In this document: positions 27,790 to 36,867 of the stretch, piece after piece
Position numbering within the stretch: the first letter of the stretch is position 1
Layout: each line of letters begins with the position of its first letter
Origin: a virus
Taxonomy: Duplodnaviria; Caudoviricetes
Length of the DNA: 64,000 nucleotides
Strand: one strand, 5' to 3'
Virus record (IMG/VR): IMGVR_UViG_3300029288_000111
Location: 37,093-101,092 of that record
Notes under the pieces: model-generated
What the model saw: the letters and a program-made list of their open reading frames with translations, nothing else
What the model was told of the DNA's origin: nothing
Database searches by the model: none
Position numbers and translations under genes: made by a program

Positions 27790-28011
27790 CTACTGCCAGC
27801 CGTACAGCGGCAGCCGCTTCACCGGCCGGGCGCACCGGACGTAGCCGGCGTGGATGTGTTTCAGCGAGAGGGAAATCTGGCAGGGGAGATCGTGGAGCGC
27901 GATCGGTTGGAGGCCGTCGCGCCACTCGGTGTAGAGGTGCGCTTCCGGCACGCAGTAGCGGTCCTCAAGGTTCCCCTCAGTCGTCGCCAGCGCCTCGCCG
28001 ATCTCCTCGAA
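27790..28011 (-). CDS. putative frameshift extension of tail assembly chaperone (GT-like)
   Basis: 73-codon high-GC3 frame (FEEIGEALATTEGNLEDRYC..YGWQ) with no start codon at its 5' end, entered by +1 slip at TTC TTT CGA. Confidence 0.6.
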   Translation of the reverse strand, partial: FEEIGEALATTEGNLEDRYCVPEAHLYTEWRDGLQPIALHDLPCQISLSLKHIHAGYVRCARPVKRLPLYGWQ

Positions 28012-28693
28012 AGAAACGGGCGAGCTGGGGGTCCAGCCCGTTACTGCTCCACATCCTGCTGTTCAGCGTGCGCACGATCATCGGCTCCCATTCCTCGGGG
28101 TCGGCCAACGGCAGCACCTTCGCCCCCGGCATCTCCTGCCCGGGCTCCCAGCCCGCCAGACCCCACACCCGCGGGTCCGTCTCCGCTTCCAGGAGATACC
28201 GCCCTTTCACCGCCGCGCGCAGCAACTCCAGGTCGCGCTCGCTCTCGTCCACCGTGCGCACGTTCGTCTTCGCGTTCACCTCGGTGTGCGCGCTCTCCGC
28301 CCGCCGCATCATCCCGTAGGTGAACGGCGCCAGGACGTAGGCTTCGCGGTACAGCGGCAGTCCTCCCAGGGCGAGCGCGTCCTGCATCTGCGAGAGAGCC
28401 AGTTCGCCGGCCGCGATCCGCGCGCTCAGGATCTCCCAGCGCGCCGTCCGCTCCGTCCGGTCCGCCCCGATGGTCTGCTCCGCCTCGGCGCGCTTCCCCT
28501 CGTCGCCGCTGTCCAGGGACAGTTTCGCCAGCTTCACCGGCGGCGGCAGCGACCCCTCCTCGAACAGCTTGTCACGGGCGTTCTGCAGACTGGCGATCTC
28601 CGCCCGCCGCAGGGCGATGTCTACCTCGTCCGGGCGCAGGATCTTCGCCCGCCCGCAGATGTGCATCTCGATGATCTCAACGTAGTGTTCCAC
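27977..28693 (-). CDS. tail assembly chaperone
   Basis: Directly follows tail tube; ends at a slippery site. Confidence 0.65.
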   Translation of the reverse strand: MEHYVEIIEMHICGRAKILRPDEVDIALRRAEIASLQNARDKLFEEGSLPPPVKLAKLSLDSGDEGKRAEAEQTIGADRTERTARWEILSARIAAGELALSQMQDALALGGLPLYREAYVLAPFTYGMMRRAESAHTEVNAKTNVRTVDESERDLELLRAAVKGRYLLEAETDPRVWGLAGWEPGQEMPGAKVLPLADPEEWEPMIVRTLNSRMWSSNGLDPQLARFFRGDRRGAGDD

Positions 28694-28699
28694 AGAGAC

Positions 28700-29113
28700 T
28701 GCGGCAGGGAGCCGCCGACTTCAGGCGGCGGAGGAATGCCGCACCTGCTTCGGAAGCAGGTGGAACTCCCTGCCTACTCCTTTCCATCAGATAGTTGACG
28801 GCAACCGCCAGTATGTTGATCCGCCAGTACTCCGCGAACAAGGCGCAGGAGTACTCCCTGGCAATCGCCGAAGTGGAGCCGCGCGGCACGAGCAAGAACT
28901 GCTCGCGTTGTGGACTTGCCGGTAAGCGCCGCCGTCACCAGTTCACCTGCCCGTCCTGTGGTCATGCGGAGCACGCCGATGTCAACGCGGCGCGCAACAT
29001 CCGCAACCGCTATACCGTGTCACGGCACGGTGGGGATCCGTCAGTATCCCCCGAAGCCCGGAACCCCTCGGGGAACGCGGGCAAGCTGCTGCCTTCAGGC
29101 AGCAGTCACTGAC
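28700..29113 (+). mobile_element. tnpB: internally deleted IS200/IS605-family element carrying a tnpB 3' fragment
   Basis: Subterminal hairpins GCCGCC-GACTTCA-GGCGGC and CTGCTGCC-TTCA-GGCAGCAG; TSKNCSRCG..FTCPSCG..ADVNAARNI; ends TGAC. Confidence 0.85.
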
Positions 29114-29116
29114 CTC

Positions 29117-29986
29117 TTACGTGGCGCTGATCGTCATCGGGTAGGCCGCCGTCGTCGCCAGCCCCCGGTAGCGCAGGTCCCTCAGCACCCGCTGGTTCGG
29201 GTCCTGCACGCTCTTGGCGTTCGGGTTCGCCAGCAGCAGCGAGGTGAACGAGAACGTCGTGTACGTCGCCACCCCGATCTTGACGCTGAGGGTTGCGTCC
29301 GTGACCGCCGTCACGGTGTTGTCGTCGGTGAGACCAGGGATCGTCACCGCCGTCTCGGGGTAGACCTGGAGGTTCACGCTCAGGTTCGGGATCCCGGCGT
29401 TGTGTTCGCTTGGGTAATGGCTGCCGTTCATGTCCTCCAGGGGCGTCAAGCCGGTGTTCCACTGGATGCTCCCCGAGCGGATCTTCACCGTCGAGAAGGA
29501 GCCTCCGAAGCTCACCTCCGCGTAGGAGAGCGGTGCGGTATTCACGAATGCCGGCGCGGCATCGGCGGTATCCAGCGCCGTGCCGTGGAACTGCATCCCC
29601 ATCGTCAGGATCGCCTGCCCGGCCGAGAAGTTGAGGCTGAACCCCGCGCCCTTCGGGGAAAGGATCTTGTGCTTCCCGAGGGTGCTCTCGTAGAAGTTCA
29701 GGTTCCCCGCGATCGCCGTCAGGTCGAACGGCGCGGCGCCGCCGCGGGTGCAGAACCAGGCGTTCAGGTTCGCCGCCGTAAACCACGAGGCGTGCAGCAC
29801 CGCGTTCAGCGAGACCGCCGGGAATCTCATTCCCTGGCTGTAGTTCACCCCGCCGTAGCGGTTCCCCACCGGCTGCGGCACCTGTTCGCCCAACGGCCGG
29901 TCCATGTTCGAGCCGGGGATCAACATCGCCACCGCCGTGCCGATCTTGCACCCCCCGCTGTAGCCGTAATCTCCCGCGAACGGCAT
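29117..29986 (-). CDS. major tail (tube) protein
   Basis: 289 aa beta-rich, Thr/Ser/Ala-rich; between neck genes and chaperone; strong RBS. Confidence 0.7.
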   Translation of the reverse strand: MPFAGDYGYSGGCKIGTAVAMLIPGSNMDRPLGEQVPQPVGNRYGGVNYSQGMRFPAVSLNAVLHASWFTAANLNAWFCTRGGAAPFDLTAIAGNLNFYESTLGKHKILSPKGAGFSLNFSAGQAILTMGMQFHGTALDTADAAPAFVNTAPLSYAEVSFGGSFSTVKIRSGSIQWNTGLTPLEDMNGSHYPSEHNAGIPNLSVNLQVYPETAVTIPGLTDDNTVTAVTDATLSVKIGVATYTTFSFTSLLLANPNAKSVQDPNQRVLRDLRYRGLATTAAYPMTISAT

Positions 29987-30045
29987 CTCTCACCTCCAGA
30001 AATGCGAAAGGCCCGGCTGTCACCAGCCAGGCCCGGAATCTCTCT

Positions 30046-30420
30046 TCAGATGTGCGCCCGCACCTGCCGTGCGTGCGTCTCTTCCCAGCCCCGTCGCGCC
30101 GCGGCGATCTCCTCGGGCGTCACCGCCACCCGCTCTCTGTCGTGAACGCGCGCATACAGCGCCGGCACGCCGCACCCCTGCAGCGCCGCCTTCTCCTCGT
30201 CGCCTCGGAACATCTCCCGCAGCAGGCGCGAGCAGAAGAGACGCGAGCCGTCTTCGTTCAGGCTCGTGAAGCCGCAGCAGTCAATGCACCCGTGCCCGAG
30301 CACGAGCGCCACCCGGGCGCTGTGTTCCTGCCCCGCCCGAATCCGCTCCTCCGGGGGGTGCTCCCCCCACTCCCGCTTGTTGACGGCCTCCGGCTCGGTG
30401 TCCAGCCCTACCAGCCTCAT
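30046..30420 (-). CDS. hypothetical protein
   Basis: ATG 30420 overlapping upstream stop (ATGA). Confidence 0.55.
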   Translation of the reverse strand: MRLVGLDTEPEAVNKREWGEHPPEERIRAGQEHSARVALVLGHGCIDCCGFTSLNEDGSRLFCSRLLREMFRGDEEKAALQGCGVPALYARVHDRERVAVTPEEIAAARRGWEETHARQVRAHI

Positions 30421-31100
30421 GTGCCCGACATCCTTTCCAGCACCCACGTCCGCGCCCGCGCGCCGATGGCCTCCAGGTCCTCGTCCTGGATCACTCCCAC
30501 CGGCCGCGCCGGCATCTTGCTCGTGCCCGCCTCGTGGAACGCTGCCAGCGGAACCCGCGCCGATGCTCTCCCGCGGCGCCGCAACTCCCGCTGCGCCTTC
30601 TTCGTCAGCAGGTGATACGGCCGCACCTGCTCGGGCGTCACCGTGCGCTCGATGGTGAGCTGGCTGCCGAAGAACGCCCCGTCGGCCGTGACCTCGCTCA
30701 CGTTGCCGCGCGCGCCCTTCTGCACCCACGAGTCGCGCAGGGTACCGCTGCGGATCAGGATCGTTCGCGCCGAGAACCCCATCCCGCCCGTCACCGGGTC
30801 GCGCTGCTGCAGCCGCGGCGGGATCTTCCCCGCCGGGGTGTGCTTCGGGATCGCCCGCGCCGCCAACATCCGCGACCGCTGGCGCACCGTGCTCTCCGCC
30901 AACGGCCGCCACGCCGGCCGGCCCCCCTCGGCGAAGTTCTTCCCGTAGGAGGCGCGCACGATCCTCCCGATCTCCTCCAACAGGCCCTGCGGCGCCTGCA
31001 CCGCGCCCTGGACCCGCGCGACGAGCTCCTCCAACGCGCGCGTGTCCATCCGCACCCGCACCCCGAGCGGCCCCCAGAGCGGGAAGAGCACCTCGCTCAT
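30417..31100 (-). CDS. phage virion morphogenesis (Mu gpG-like / neck) protein
   Basis: F..GG.P.WRPLAEST, IL..SGTLRDS, FHEAGTSKMPARP motifs. Confidence 0.85.
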   Translation of the reverse strand: MSEVLFPLWGPLGVRVRMDTRALEELVARVQGAVQAPQGLLEEIGRIVRASYGKNFAEGGRPAWRPLAESTVRQRSRMLAARAIPKHTPAGKIPPRLQQRDPVTGGMGFSARTILIRSGTLRDSWVQKGARGNVSEVTADGAFFGSQLTIERTVTPEQVRPYHLLTKKAQRELRRRGRASARVPLAAFHEAGTSKMPARPVGVIQDEDLEAIGARARTWVLERMSGT

Positions 31101-31891
31101 GTCGTCATCCCGCGGTTGTAGGCGGTCTGGCAGGTCCACATCACGGTCGCCGAGGTGAGCGTCCAGTTCTGCTGCAGGTCTATCTCTTCCGTCTCCAACG
31201 AGCGCGGCGAGCAGTTCTTCACGGTGAGGCCGCAGTCGAGGACCATGATGTTGTACTGATTCTGAGCCAGCACGTCGAAGACGGCGCTGCCAAGTGACTC
31301 GATGGCGCTCTCCCACGGCACGCGCGCCTGGTGAACGGCGTAGGCGAGGATCGTCGCCGTCAAGTTCACGCTGGCGCCCTTCGGCACGGCGTACCAGTCC
31401 TCTTGCCGCGAGTGGCAGGAGACTGCTACTATCGGATAGGACCCCTCGCCCTGCACGTTCGGCACGTCCAGGACGACCCGCGCCTGCGCCGCTTCCCCGT
31501 TCGGCCAGGTGCCTCCAATCTGGTGATACAGCGCCCGATCAATGGCGTTCAGGTTCAGCGTCAGCACCTCGTGTACCAGGCTCGCCGTCTGGCGCACGAT
31601 GGAGAGGAGCGAGGTGTCGGCCAGCCACTCGCAGACCGCGCTCCCCTGGCCGGTATTGTCCTCTGCCGTGATGTAGTACGGATACCGCACCGGCGAGGCC
31701 GCCGCACGCACCGTCAGGGTGTACTCCCCGACGCCCGGCCCCGCCACGTAGGAGACCGACGACCCGAGCACCGACGGATCGCGCGAGGCATAGAACTTCA
31801 GCGTGCCCACCGGCGCCGCTGCCGGCTTCGCGATCAGGTGCAGGCCGTCCGGCGTCGCCGGGTTCACGACCGAGGTCAGTTGCAGGGCCAC
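31097..31891 (-). CDS. tail terminator-like structural protein
   Basis: Position; YPIVAV and C-terminal alpha/beta pattern; GGAGG RBS. Confidence 0.55.
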   Translation of the reverse strand: MALQLTSVVNPATPDGLHLIAKPAAAPVGTLKFYASRDPSVLGSSVSYVAGPGVGEYTLTVRAAASPVRYPYYITAEDNTGQGSAVCEWLADTSLLSIVRQTASLVHEVLTLNLNAIDRALYHQIGGTWPNGEAAQARVVLDVPNVQGEGSYPIVAVSCHSRQEDWYAVPKGASVNLTATILAYAVHQARVPWESAIESLGSAVFDVLAQNQYNIMVLDCGLTVKNCSPRSLETEEIDLQQNWTLTSATVMWTCQTAYNRGMTT

Positions 31892-31926
31892 GAGAACCTC
31901 CGAGAGAAAACAGAGTCAAGATTCCG

Positions 31927-31952
31927 GGAACGCTGGCGCGCGGCCGTCGTTA
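31927..31952 (+). promoter_or_regulatory. ECF-type promoter
   Basis: GGAAC gctggcgcgcggccgt CGTTATC. Confidence 0.82.
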
Positions 31953-31977
31953 TCTAGGGTGGAGAAAGGAGAAGACG

Positions 31978-32226
31978 ATGAAGTACTGGGTTGTCGCTAC
32001 CGAGGAGCCGGTGCCGGAGCACGCGCCGATGTTCAACCGCGCCACCAACCTGCGCCACTACCTCGCGGAACACCCCGAGGAACCCGGCGCGCTGCTCTAC
32101 TGGTGGTATGGCGAAGACCTCGTCGAGGTGGCCTTCCACTCCCGCGAGGAGATCCTCGCCGGCGGTGCCACGAAGGCGAAGCGCGGTGCCACGCTGGAGT
32201 GGCTCTCCGCGAGAGGGATGGTCTGA
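31978..32226 (+). CDS. hypothetical protein (accessory cassette)
   Basis: AAAGGAG RBS directly after promoter. Confidence 0.75.
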   Translation: MKYWVVATEEPVPEHAPMFNRATNLRHYLAEHPEEPGALLYWWYGEDLVEVAFHSREEILAGGATKAKRGATLEWLSARGMV

Positions 32227-32270
32227 TATACGGGGGCGCCCCGCCAGCCCCCTTCCGAAAGGAGACTCTG

Positions 32271-32540
32271 ATGAAAAAGGATGATTTGGATATCGCGAAT
32301 GCCGCCGAGATAGCTTGGGAAGGCGCTCACGCCACTCTTGCCGAGCACGGCATAGAAGTCACGTGGGAGCGCCACGGAAAGACGAAGTGGGTGTGCTACT
32401 ATGAGCACACCGACCACATGAAGCAGTTCAACCCGGGCAAGCACGTGCTCATATCTGGCGTCAACCTCAAGGACGCAGAGAGACTCATGAGCTTCTGTGC
32501 CATCCTCCTGACGACGCCCAGGCGAGACGAAGAGGGATAG
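32271..32540 (+). CDS. hypothetical protein
   Basis: GAAAGGAGACTCTG-ATG. Confidence 0.7.
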   Translation: MKKDDLDIANAAEIAWEGAHATLAEHGIEVTWERHGKTKWVCYYEHTDHMKQFNPGKHVLISGVNLKDAERLMSFCAILLTTPRRDEEG

Positions 32541-32559
32541 AACCCGAAAGGAGACTCCG

Positions 32560-32758
32560 ATGCCCACCCTTGCACCCGAACCGCCGCGCCCGTCTCCTGC
32601 GGGATGCCGCCTTCTGGCGCAACGCCGCCGCCAGCGCCGAGGCCACCGCCGCCCGCACCCGGCACAGACCCCGTTCCTCTGCCTTCGCCGAGGTGATGGA
32701 ATCGCGAGCCTCCGAATACCGGCGCATCGCCGAACACTACGCCCGAGCGGCTTGCTGA
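32560..32758 (+). CDS. hypothetical protein, possible +1 indel just after start
   Basis: RBS-supported ATG 32560 is out of frame with the coding-like frame 32570..32758. Confidence 0.45.
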
Positions 32759-32790
32759 ACCGCCGCGCACCCCCAAGGAGAGCAACCGTG

Positions 32791-33006
32791 ATGCTATGGA
32801 AAGCCTACATCCCTGGAGACTCGGACTACGCGTCGGAACGCGCCGACTCGGAAGAGGAAGCCAAGAAGACCTTCGTCCGATGGTTCAAGGGAGTGGCCAA
32901 ATCCTTCGAGCGCCAGAACATGCCCACCGCCGCCAAGGAGATGCTCAAGTACCTCAAGCACTGGCAGGAAGCTGGCAGCCATGTACGGCCAGTCGAGGAT
33001 GAATGA
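32791..33006 (+). CDS. hypothetical protein
   Basis: AAGGAG RBS; GTG/ATG start at 32788/32791. Confidence 0.65.
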   Translation: MLWKAYIPGDSDYASERADSEEEAKKTFVRWFKGVAKSFERQNMPTAAKEMLKYLKHWQEAGSHVRPVEDE

Positions 33007-33008
33007 AC

Positions 33009-33263
33009 CTACATCCCCCGGTTGGAGAGTTCGGATACCAGGAAGCGTATCCGGGATGCCGACCGCGCCGGACCCTCAAGCCCCAGGCAGTAGGCCCTCA
33101 CCAGGCCCGCCGCGTATCGGCGCTCCGCCCGGTGCAGCCAACCCTTCAGGAGCTGGAGATACCGGCCGTCGTGGTGGCTGTGCCCGCCGATGAGCCGCCC
33201 CGAGGTCGCCACCCGGCGCGTATCCCAGCGGTTCCACCTGCCGCCCCCCTTCCGGTTCGCCAT
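33009..33263 (-). CDS. small basic hypothetical protein
   Basis: ATG overlaps upstream TGA; AAGGAG RBS. Confidence 0.45.
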   Translation of the reverse strand: MANRKGGGRWNRWDTRRVATSGRLIGGHSHHDGRYLQLLKGWLHRAERRYAAGLVRAYCLGLEGPARSASRIRFLVSELSNRGM

Positions 33264-33949
33264 CAGTACGCTCCTTCGGCCATGTCCGTGGGCGCCTGCG
33301 CCCAGATCCGCATCACCACCCGGTAGGGGAAGAGGTCGCCATCTGTCGCCTCCACCCGGCGGTGGAACGACCCGCTCACGATGAACAGCGTCGGGTAATA
33401 CCAGTAGCTCACCGTGTAGACGCTGCCCGCCGCCGGCCCGCTGGTCCAGGTGATGCCGCGCTCGTCGGTGCTCACCGCGAACCCGGTCGTTACCTCTCCG
33501 GTGCTCTTGTACACCGCCTGAATCCGCGTCACCGGCCAGTGCTTCAGCGTGTCGCTGGCGCCACTCCCCCGCAGGAGCTGCTGGGTGAAGCGCACCTCGC
33601 GCGTGTCGAGGATGATCCGGTCGCCCTCCTCGAACGGGTACTCCGTGTGCAGGTAGGTGCAGTACACATCCCCGTCCTGGAGCAGGATCGGCGCCTTCAC
33701 CTTCACGAGCTGCGCGTTCTGCAGGACGAGCTTCCCCCCCGTCGGCCCGGTCGTCGGCAGCGTCATCTGCTTCCAGAGGACCCCGACGCCGCCGCATACG
33801 GTGCACGCCGGGTTCAGCGAGAACCCCGTGCGCGGATGGTGGCACACCGGGCACTCCCCCTCGAAGCGCAACCAGTATGCCGGCACCTCGCCATACGACT
33901 CGATCAGGTGCTCGAAGTGCTCCGTACGCAGTTGACCCAGGGTGCCCAT
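33263..33949 (-). CDS. head closure / neck protein with zinc-finger insertion
   Basis: I..YG..W..CPVC..CTVCGG.G, GDRII, YTVSY pattern; position. Confidence 0.7.
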   Translation of the reverse strand: MGTLGQLRTEHFEHLIESYGEVPAYWLRFEGECPVCHHPRTGFSLNPACTVCGGVGVLWKQMTLPTTGPTGGKLVLQNAQLVKVKAPILLQDGDVYCTYLHTEYPFEEGDRIILDTREVRFTQQLLRGSGASDTLKHWPVTRIQAVYKSTGEVTTGFAVSTDERGITWTSGPAAGSVYTVSYWYYPTLFIVSGSFHRRVEATDGDLFPYRVVMRIWAQAPTDMAEGAY

Positions 33950-33963
33950 GCAGTGCTCCTACT

Positions 33964-34389
33964 TCAAGCAGGCTTCAGTTCTCCCGATGCCCAGCGGTAG
34001 TAGATGTGCCCTTCTACCCATTCGACGCCCACGATACAGTGAGTGGGCTTTGCCAGCCATCCATCCCGAGGCTTCCTTGGGGAGAAGAGCGGGAGATCCG
34101 AGGACCTGATCGGCTGGGGCGCCTGTTCCGGCACCCGAGCCACCCGGATCGCTCCACGGCGGCTGGACCGACAGGCGACCACCTGCGCGTTGGACGCACG
34201 CAGACTGCTCCGAGCATCGCACCCCATTGCCAAGCCGTCGATGCCACACTCCCACAGTTCCGCGAAGCACAACGTGTGAGTGTGAACCGTGCGCGACCCG
34301 CGCCCGCGCAGGCGAACACTGTCGCTATACAATCGATGCTTCTGTCTCGGCTCCTCCGGTACCAGCAGACTCTCTTCCGTAGTGCCCAT
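33964..34389 (-). CDS. hypothetical protein (atypical codon usage)
   Basis: ATG with AGGAG RBS after methyltransferase. Confidence 0.45.
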   Translation of the reverse strand: MGTTEESLLVPEEPRQKHRLYSDSVRLRGRGSRTVHTHTLCFAELWECGIDGLAMGCDARSSLRASNAQVVACRSSRRGAIRVARVPEQAPQPIRSSDLPLFSPRKPRDGWLAKPTHCIVGVEWVEGHIYYRWASGELKPA

Positions 34390-34398
34390 GCGCTGCTC

Positions 34399-35601
34399 CT
34401 ACCGATCGGACTGAAGGGCGCCAGCCGCCGCCATGATCGCCAGCCCCACGGCGTATGCCACCTGCGGCGGGTTGGCGTTGCCCAACGCCTTCAGGGCGCG
34501 GCGGTTGTGGACACGCGCCAGCCTCACTTTGTTGTGCCGCCACCACGCTTTGGCTTCAGCAGCAGGCCAACCAGTTCGCTCTCGGATAGCACGCACCAGT
34601 CCGGGGGCAGGCCCATGAGTTCCGAGACCCAGGCCGCGTTGAGTGATCCTCGGGGCTTCCCAGGGGTGCTGGGGTTCGCCGGGTCCAGCGGGCCACTCAC
34701 CACACCAGGTATATGCACGTCCGTCCTCAAACTGCTGTGCTGCCCGCCTCCGTGGCTCCCTGGGCAGTGCGCTGTGCACGGCGTCGCCCAACTCCGCCGC
34801 GTCGCACTCGTCAGCGTATCCGGGGTGCCCGAGTGCGCCCCTGTCTGTTCGCTGTCCTCCGCTCGCGGCGTCAGCCACTGGCGGGAAACCGCGCTCGGTA
34901 AGTCGTCGTCGCATGGCGGGCGTCTCCCCTGCGGCTGGCTCTCGCCCTTCCAGTCCGTTGCGCCCGGCGTTGGCCAGTTCGCCCTCACTGCCTCCCGAAG
35001 ATTGAATCCGCCGCTGCCCCGCGCCGCCTTCGTCTCCCGGCTCTCCGGACCGCGCTTGCCGTTGCGTGCGTTCGGCGTCGGCCAGGCCGACGCAGCGGCT
35101 TGCCACGATCCACACCCGTTTCCTTCGGTGCGGTGCGCCCACGTCTTCAGCACCCACCAGGAGCGGCCAGACGGTGTAGCCGATTTCCTCCAGGCTGCCG
35201 GCAATCCGGTCATAGCCGCGAGTGCGGAGACAAGGAACGTTCTCAGCGAGGATCCAACGGGGTCGGAGGTCTCGCACGAGCCGCCACATCTCCCACCACA
35301 GACCAGACACGTCTGTTGGCTCCTCCAGTGTTCCAATGCCTTCGCCGCGCCCGGCGACGCTGATCTGCTGGCATGGGAAACCGCCCGTGATGAGGTCAAC
35401 CCTCCCACATCGAACCCGAACAGACTCGGCTGTGACATCGCGCACGTTCTCCCATCGGGGCAGGCCCAGCCAGTGCTTCTCCAACACGGCGCGGCAGTAC
35501 GGGTCGCTCTCACATTGGCCCACGATAGTCATCCCGGCCCATTCCAACCCTAGGTCGTGTGCGCCGATACCGGAGAAGAGTGAGAGCGTATTCATCGTCA
35601 C
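34399..35601 (-). CDS. C5-cytosine DNA methyltransferase, alpha chain
   Basis: Motifs I SLFSGIG, IV GGFPCQ, VI ENV, VIII HRRKR, X LKALGN. Confidence 0.92.
   Translation of the reverse strand: MTMNTLSLFSGIGAHDLGLEWAGMTIVGQCESDPYCRAVLEKHWLGLPRWENVRDVTAESVRVRCGRVDLITGGFPCQQISVAGRGEGIGTLEEPTDVSGLWWEMWRLVRDLRPRWILAENVPCLRTRGYDRIAGSLEEIGYTVWPLLVGAEDVGAPHRRKRVWIVASRCVGLADAERTQRQARSGEPGDEGGAGQRRIQSSGGSEGELANAGRNGLEGREPAAGETPAMRRRLTERGFPPVADAASGGQRTDRGALGHPGYADECDAAELGDAVHSALPREPRRRAAQQFEDGRAYTWCGEWPAGPGEPQHPWEAPRITQRGLGLGTHGPAPGLVRAIRERTGWPAAEAKAWWRHNKVRLARVHNRRALKALGNANPPQVAYAVGLAIMAAAGALQSDR
34524..35438 (-). CDS. nested alternative-frame beta chain of the C5 methyltransferase
   Basis: W(P/L/A)TP repeats x4 and LNAAWVSELMGLPPDW (motif IX-like) in a second open frame. 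Confidence 0.75.
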   Translation of the reverse strand: MSQPSLFGFDVGGLTSSRAVSHASRSASPGAAKALEHWRSQQTCLVCGGRCGGSCETSDPVGSSLRTFLVSALAAMTGLPAAWRKSATPSGRSWWVLKTWAHRTEGNGCGSWQAAASAWPTPNARNGKRGPESRETKAARGSGGFNLREAVRANWPTPGATDWKGESQPQGRRPPCDDDLPSAVSRQWLTPRAEDSEQTGAHSGTPDTLTSATRRSWATPCTAHCPGSHGGGQHSSLRTDVHIPGVVSGPLDPANPSTPGKPRGSLNAAWVSELMGLPPDWCVLSESELVGLLLKPKRGGGTTK

Positions 35602-35607
35602 TCTTGC

Positions 35608-35633
35608 TAACGCGCGAAACCTCGATCCGTTCC
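35608..35633 (-). promoter_or_regulatory. ECF-type promoter of methyltransferase (leaderless or very short 5' UTR)
   Basis: GGAAC ggatcgaggtttcgcg CGTTAGC, 6 nt before GTG 35601. Confidence 0.78.
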
Positions 35634-35641
35634 CGCTTTCT

Positions 35642-36490
35642 TCAGATCACCACCATCACCGGACCGCGCTGCTGATCTCTCACCCGGTTCGCCCAGGCCA
35701 TCGCCGCGTCGCTCATCTTCTGCGCCCGCTGATCCATCACCCCTGGGTTGATGCTCTCCGACATCCCATCAATCGCGGCCGAGACGCCGCCGGCATCGAG
35801 GGCGTTGCCGAGCTGCCACATCCACTTCGCCGCTGCCAGCCGCGCGATGGCGCTCTGGTAGGCCACCACCTCCATCTGCCCCCACGAGGTGCTCTTCGCC
35901 GCCGCGTCGGGGTCGTAGGCCGTCCGCGAGACGAGGCCCGCCGTGTACTGCAGGTGCAGCACCGCCGGCAGAATGCCCGCCATCATCCCCGGCTGGTAGA
36001 ACGGAAAGAGGGTGATCAGGTTGAAATACACCGGGTTGCCTCCGTAGGCGATGGTGTGCACCTGCCCCTGGCGGGCCACCACGTTCAACCACTCGTCGGG
36101 AAGATCCGCGATCTTGTTGTCGTGCAGGGCGAAGCGCACCCGGGTGAGCGTGCTCACCGGCGTGTACCGGAAGTCTAACTCCCCGGTGTTGAAGCGCCAC
36201 GCCTCGATCTCGTAGGGCACCGGATCGATCAGCTCGTCGTAATCGGTATCCAACACCAACGCCTCGGCCGTCGCCACTTCCCCAGTGACGAAACGGGTAG
36301 AGAAGAAAGGCATGCCGCACGCTTCGCGCAGTTCATACTGCGCCGTCAGGATGTGCTCGCGGGCGATGTCTGCCGAAGAGAGGAGCGGCGAGAGCGCCTG
36401 CACATCCTCTTCCTGCGCGTCGATCAGCGGCCCCAGCCGGGTCATCTGCCGCCGCACCCACTGCTCGCTCACTGCTAGGGGTTCTGCCAT
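35642..36490 (-). CDS. head-tail adaptor protein
   Basis: Position after capsid; LQYTAG, GVSAAIDGMSES motifs. Confidence 0.7.
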   Translation of the reverse strand: MAEPLAVSEQWVRRQMTRLGPLIDAQEEDVQALSPLLSSADIAREHILTAQYELREACGMPFFSTRFVTGEVATAEALVLDTDYDELIDPVPYEIEAWRFNTGELDFRYTPVSTLTRVRFALHDNKIADLPDEWLNVVARQGQVHTIAYGGNPVYFNLITLFPFYQPGMMAGILPAVLHLQYTAGLVSRTAYDPDAAAKSTSWGQMEVVAYQSAIARLAAAKWMWQLGNALDAGGVSAAIDGMSESINPGVMDQRAQKMSDAAMAWANRVRDQQRGPVMVVI

Positions 36491-36570
36491 CGCCGCCTCC
36501 TCGGGCGTACTCCACTATGCCGCCACTGCCGGAGACACAGTGGAGTACGCCGACGCCACTCCCACGCTCT

Positions 36571-36867
36571 CTACGTGCCCCACGCCCGGAACACGAGGTT
36601 CACCACCGTCGAGAGGTTCGTGCCGTTCCCCACCTGCGTGGCCGTGGCCGTGTAGGCCAGCAGCTTGTTGTTCGCGGCATCGAACCGATACCAGCGGGTG
36701 CCGTCGAACCCCACCTCCATCCCCTCCACCTCGTGCATCCCCTCTGCGGTCAGCGCGTCCAGCACGTCATAGCCGCCGGTGGTGTAGGAGGAGTCCAGAT
36801 CGAGCTGCCCGAACACCTCCACCTTGCGCCCCGTGAACTCCTTCGTCGCATCATGGATCGTAATCAT
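36571..36867 (-). CDS. small virion (head decoration-like) protein
   Basis: DSSYTTGG, NKLLAY, NGTNLS motif. Confidence 0.65.
   Translation of the reverse strand: MITIHDATKEFTGRKVEVFGQLDLDSSYTTGGYDVLDALTAEGMHEVEGMEVGFDGTRWYRFDAANNKLLAYTATATQVGNGTNLSTVVNLVFRAWGT

Noticed and set aside
28795-29112. Functional TnpB or mini-Cas12 effector for the CRISPR array
   Set aside because: Only the C-terminal ~90 aa remain; RuvC-I/II are absent
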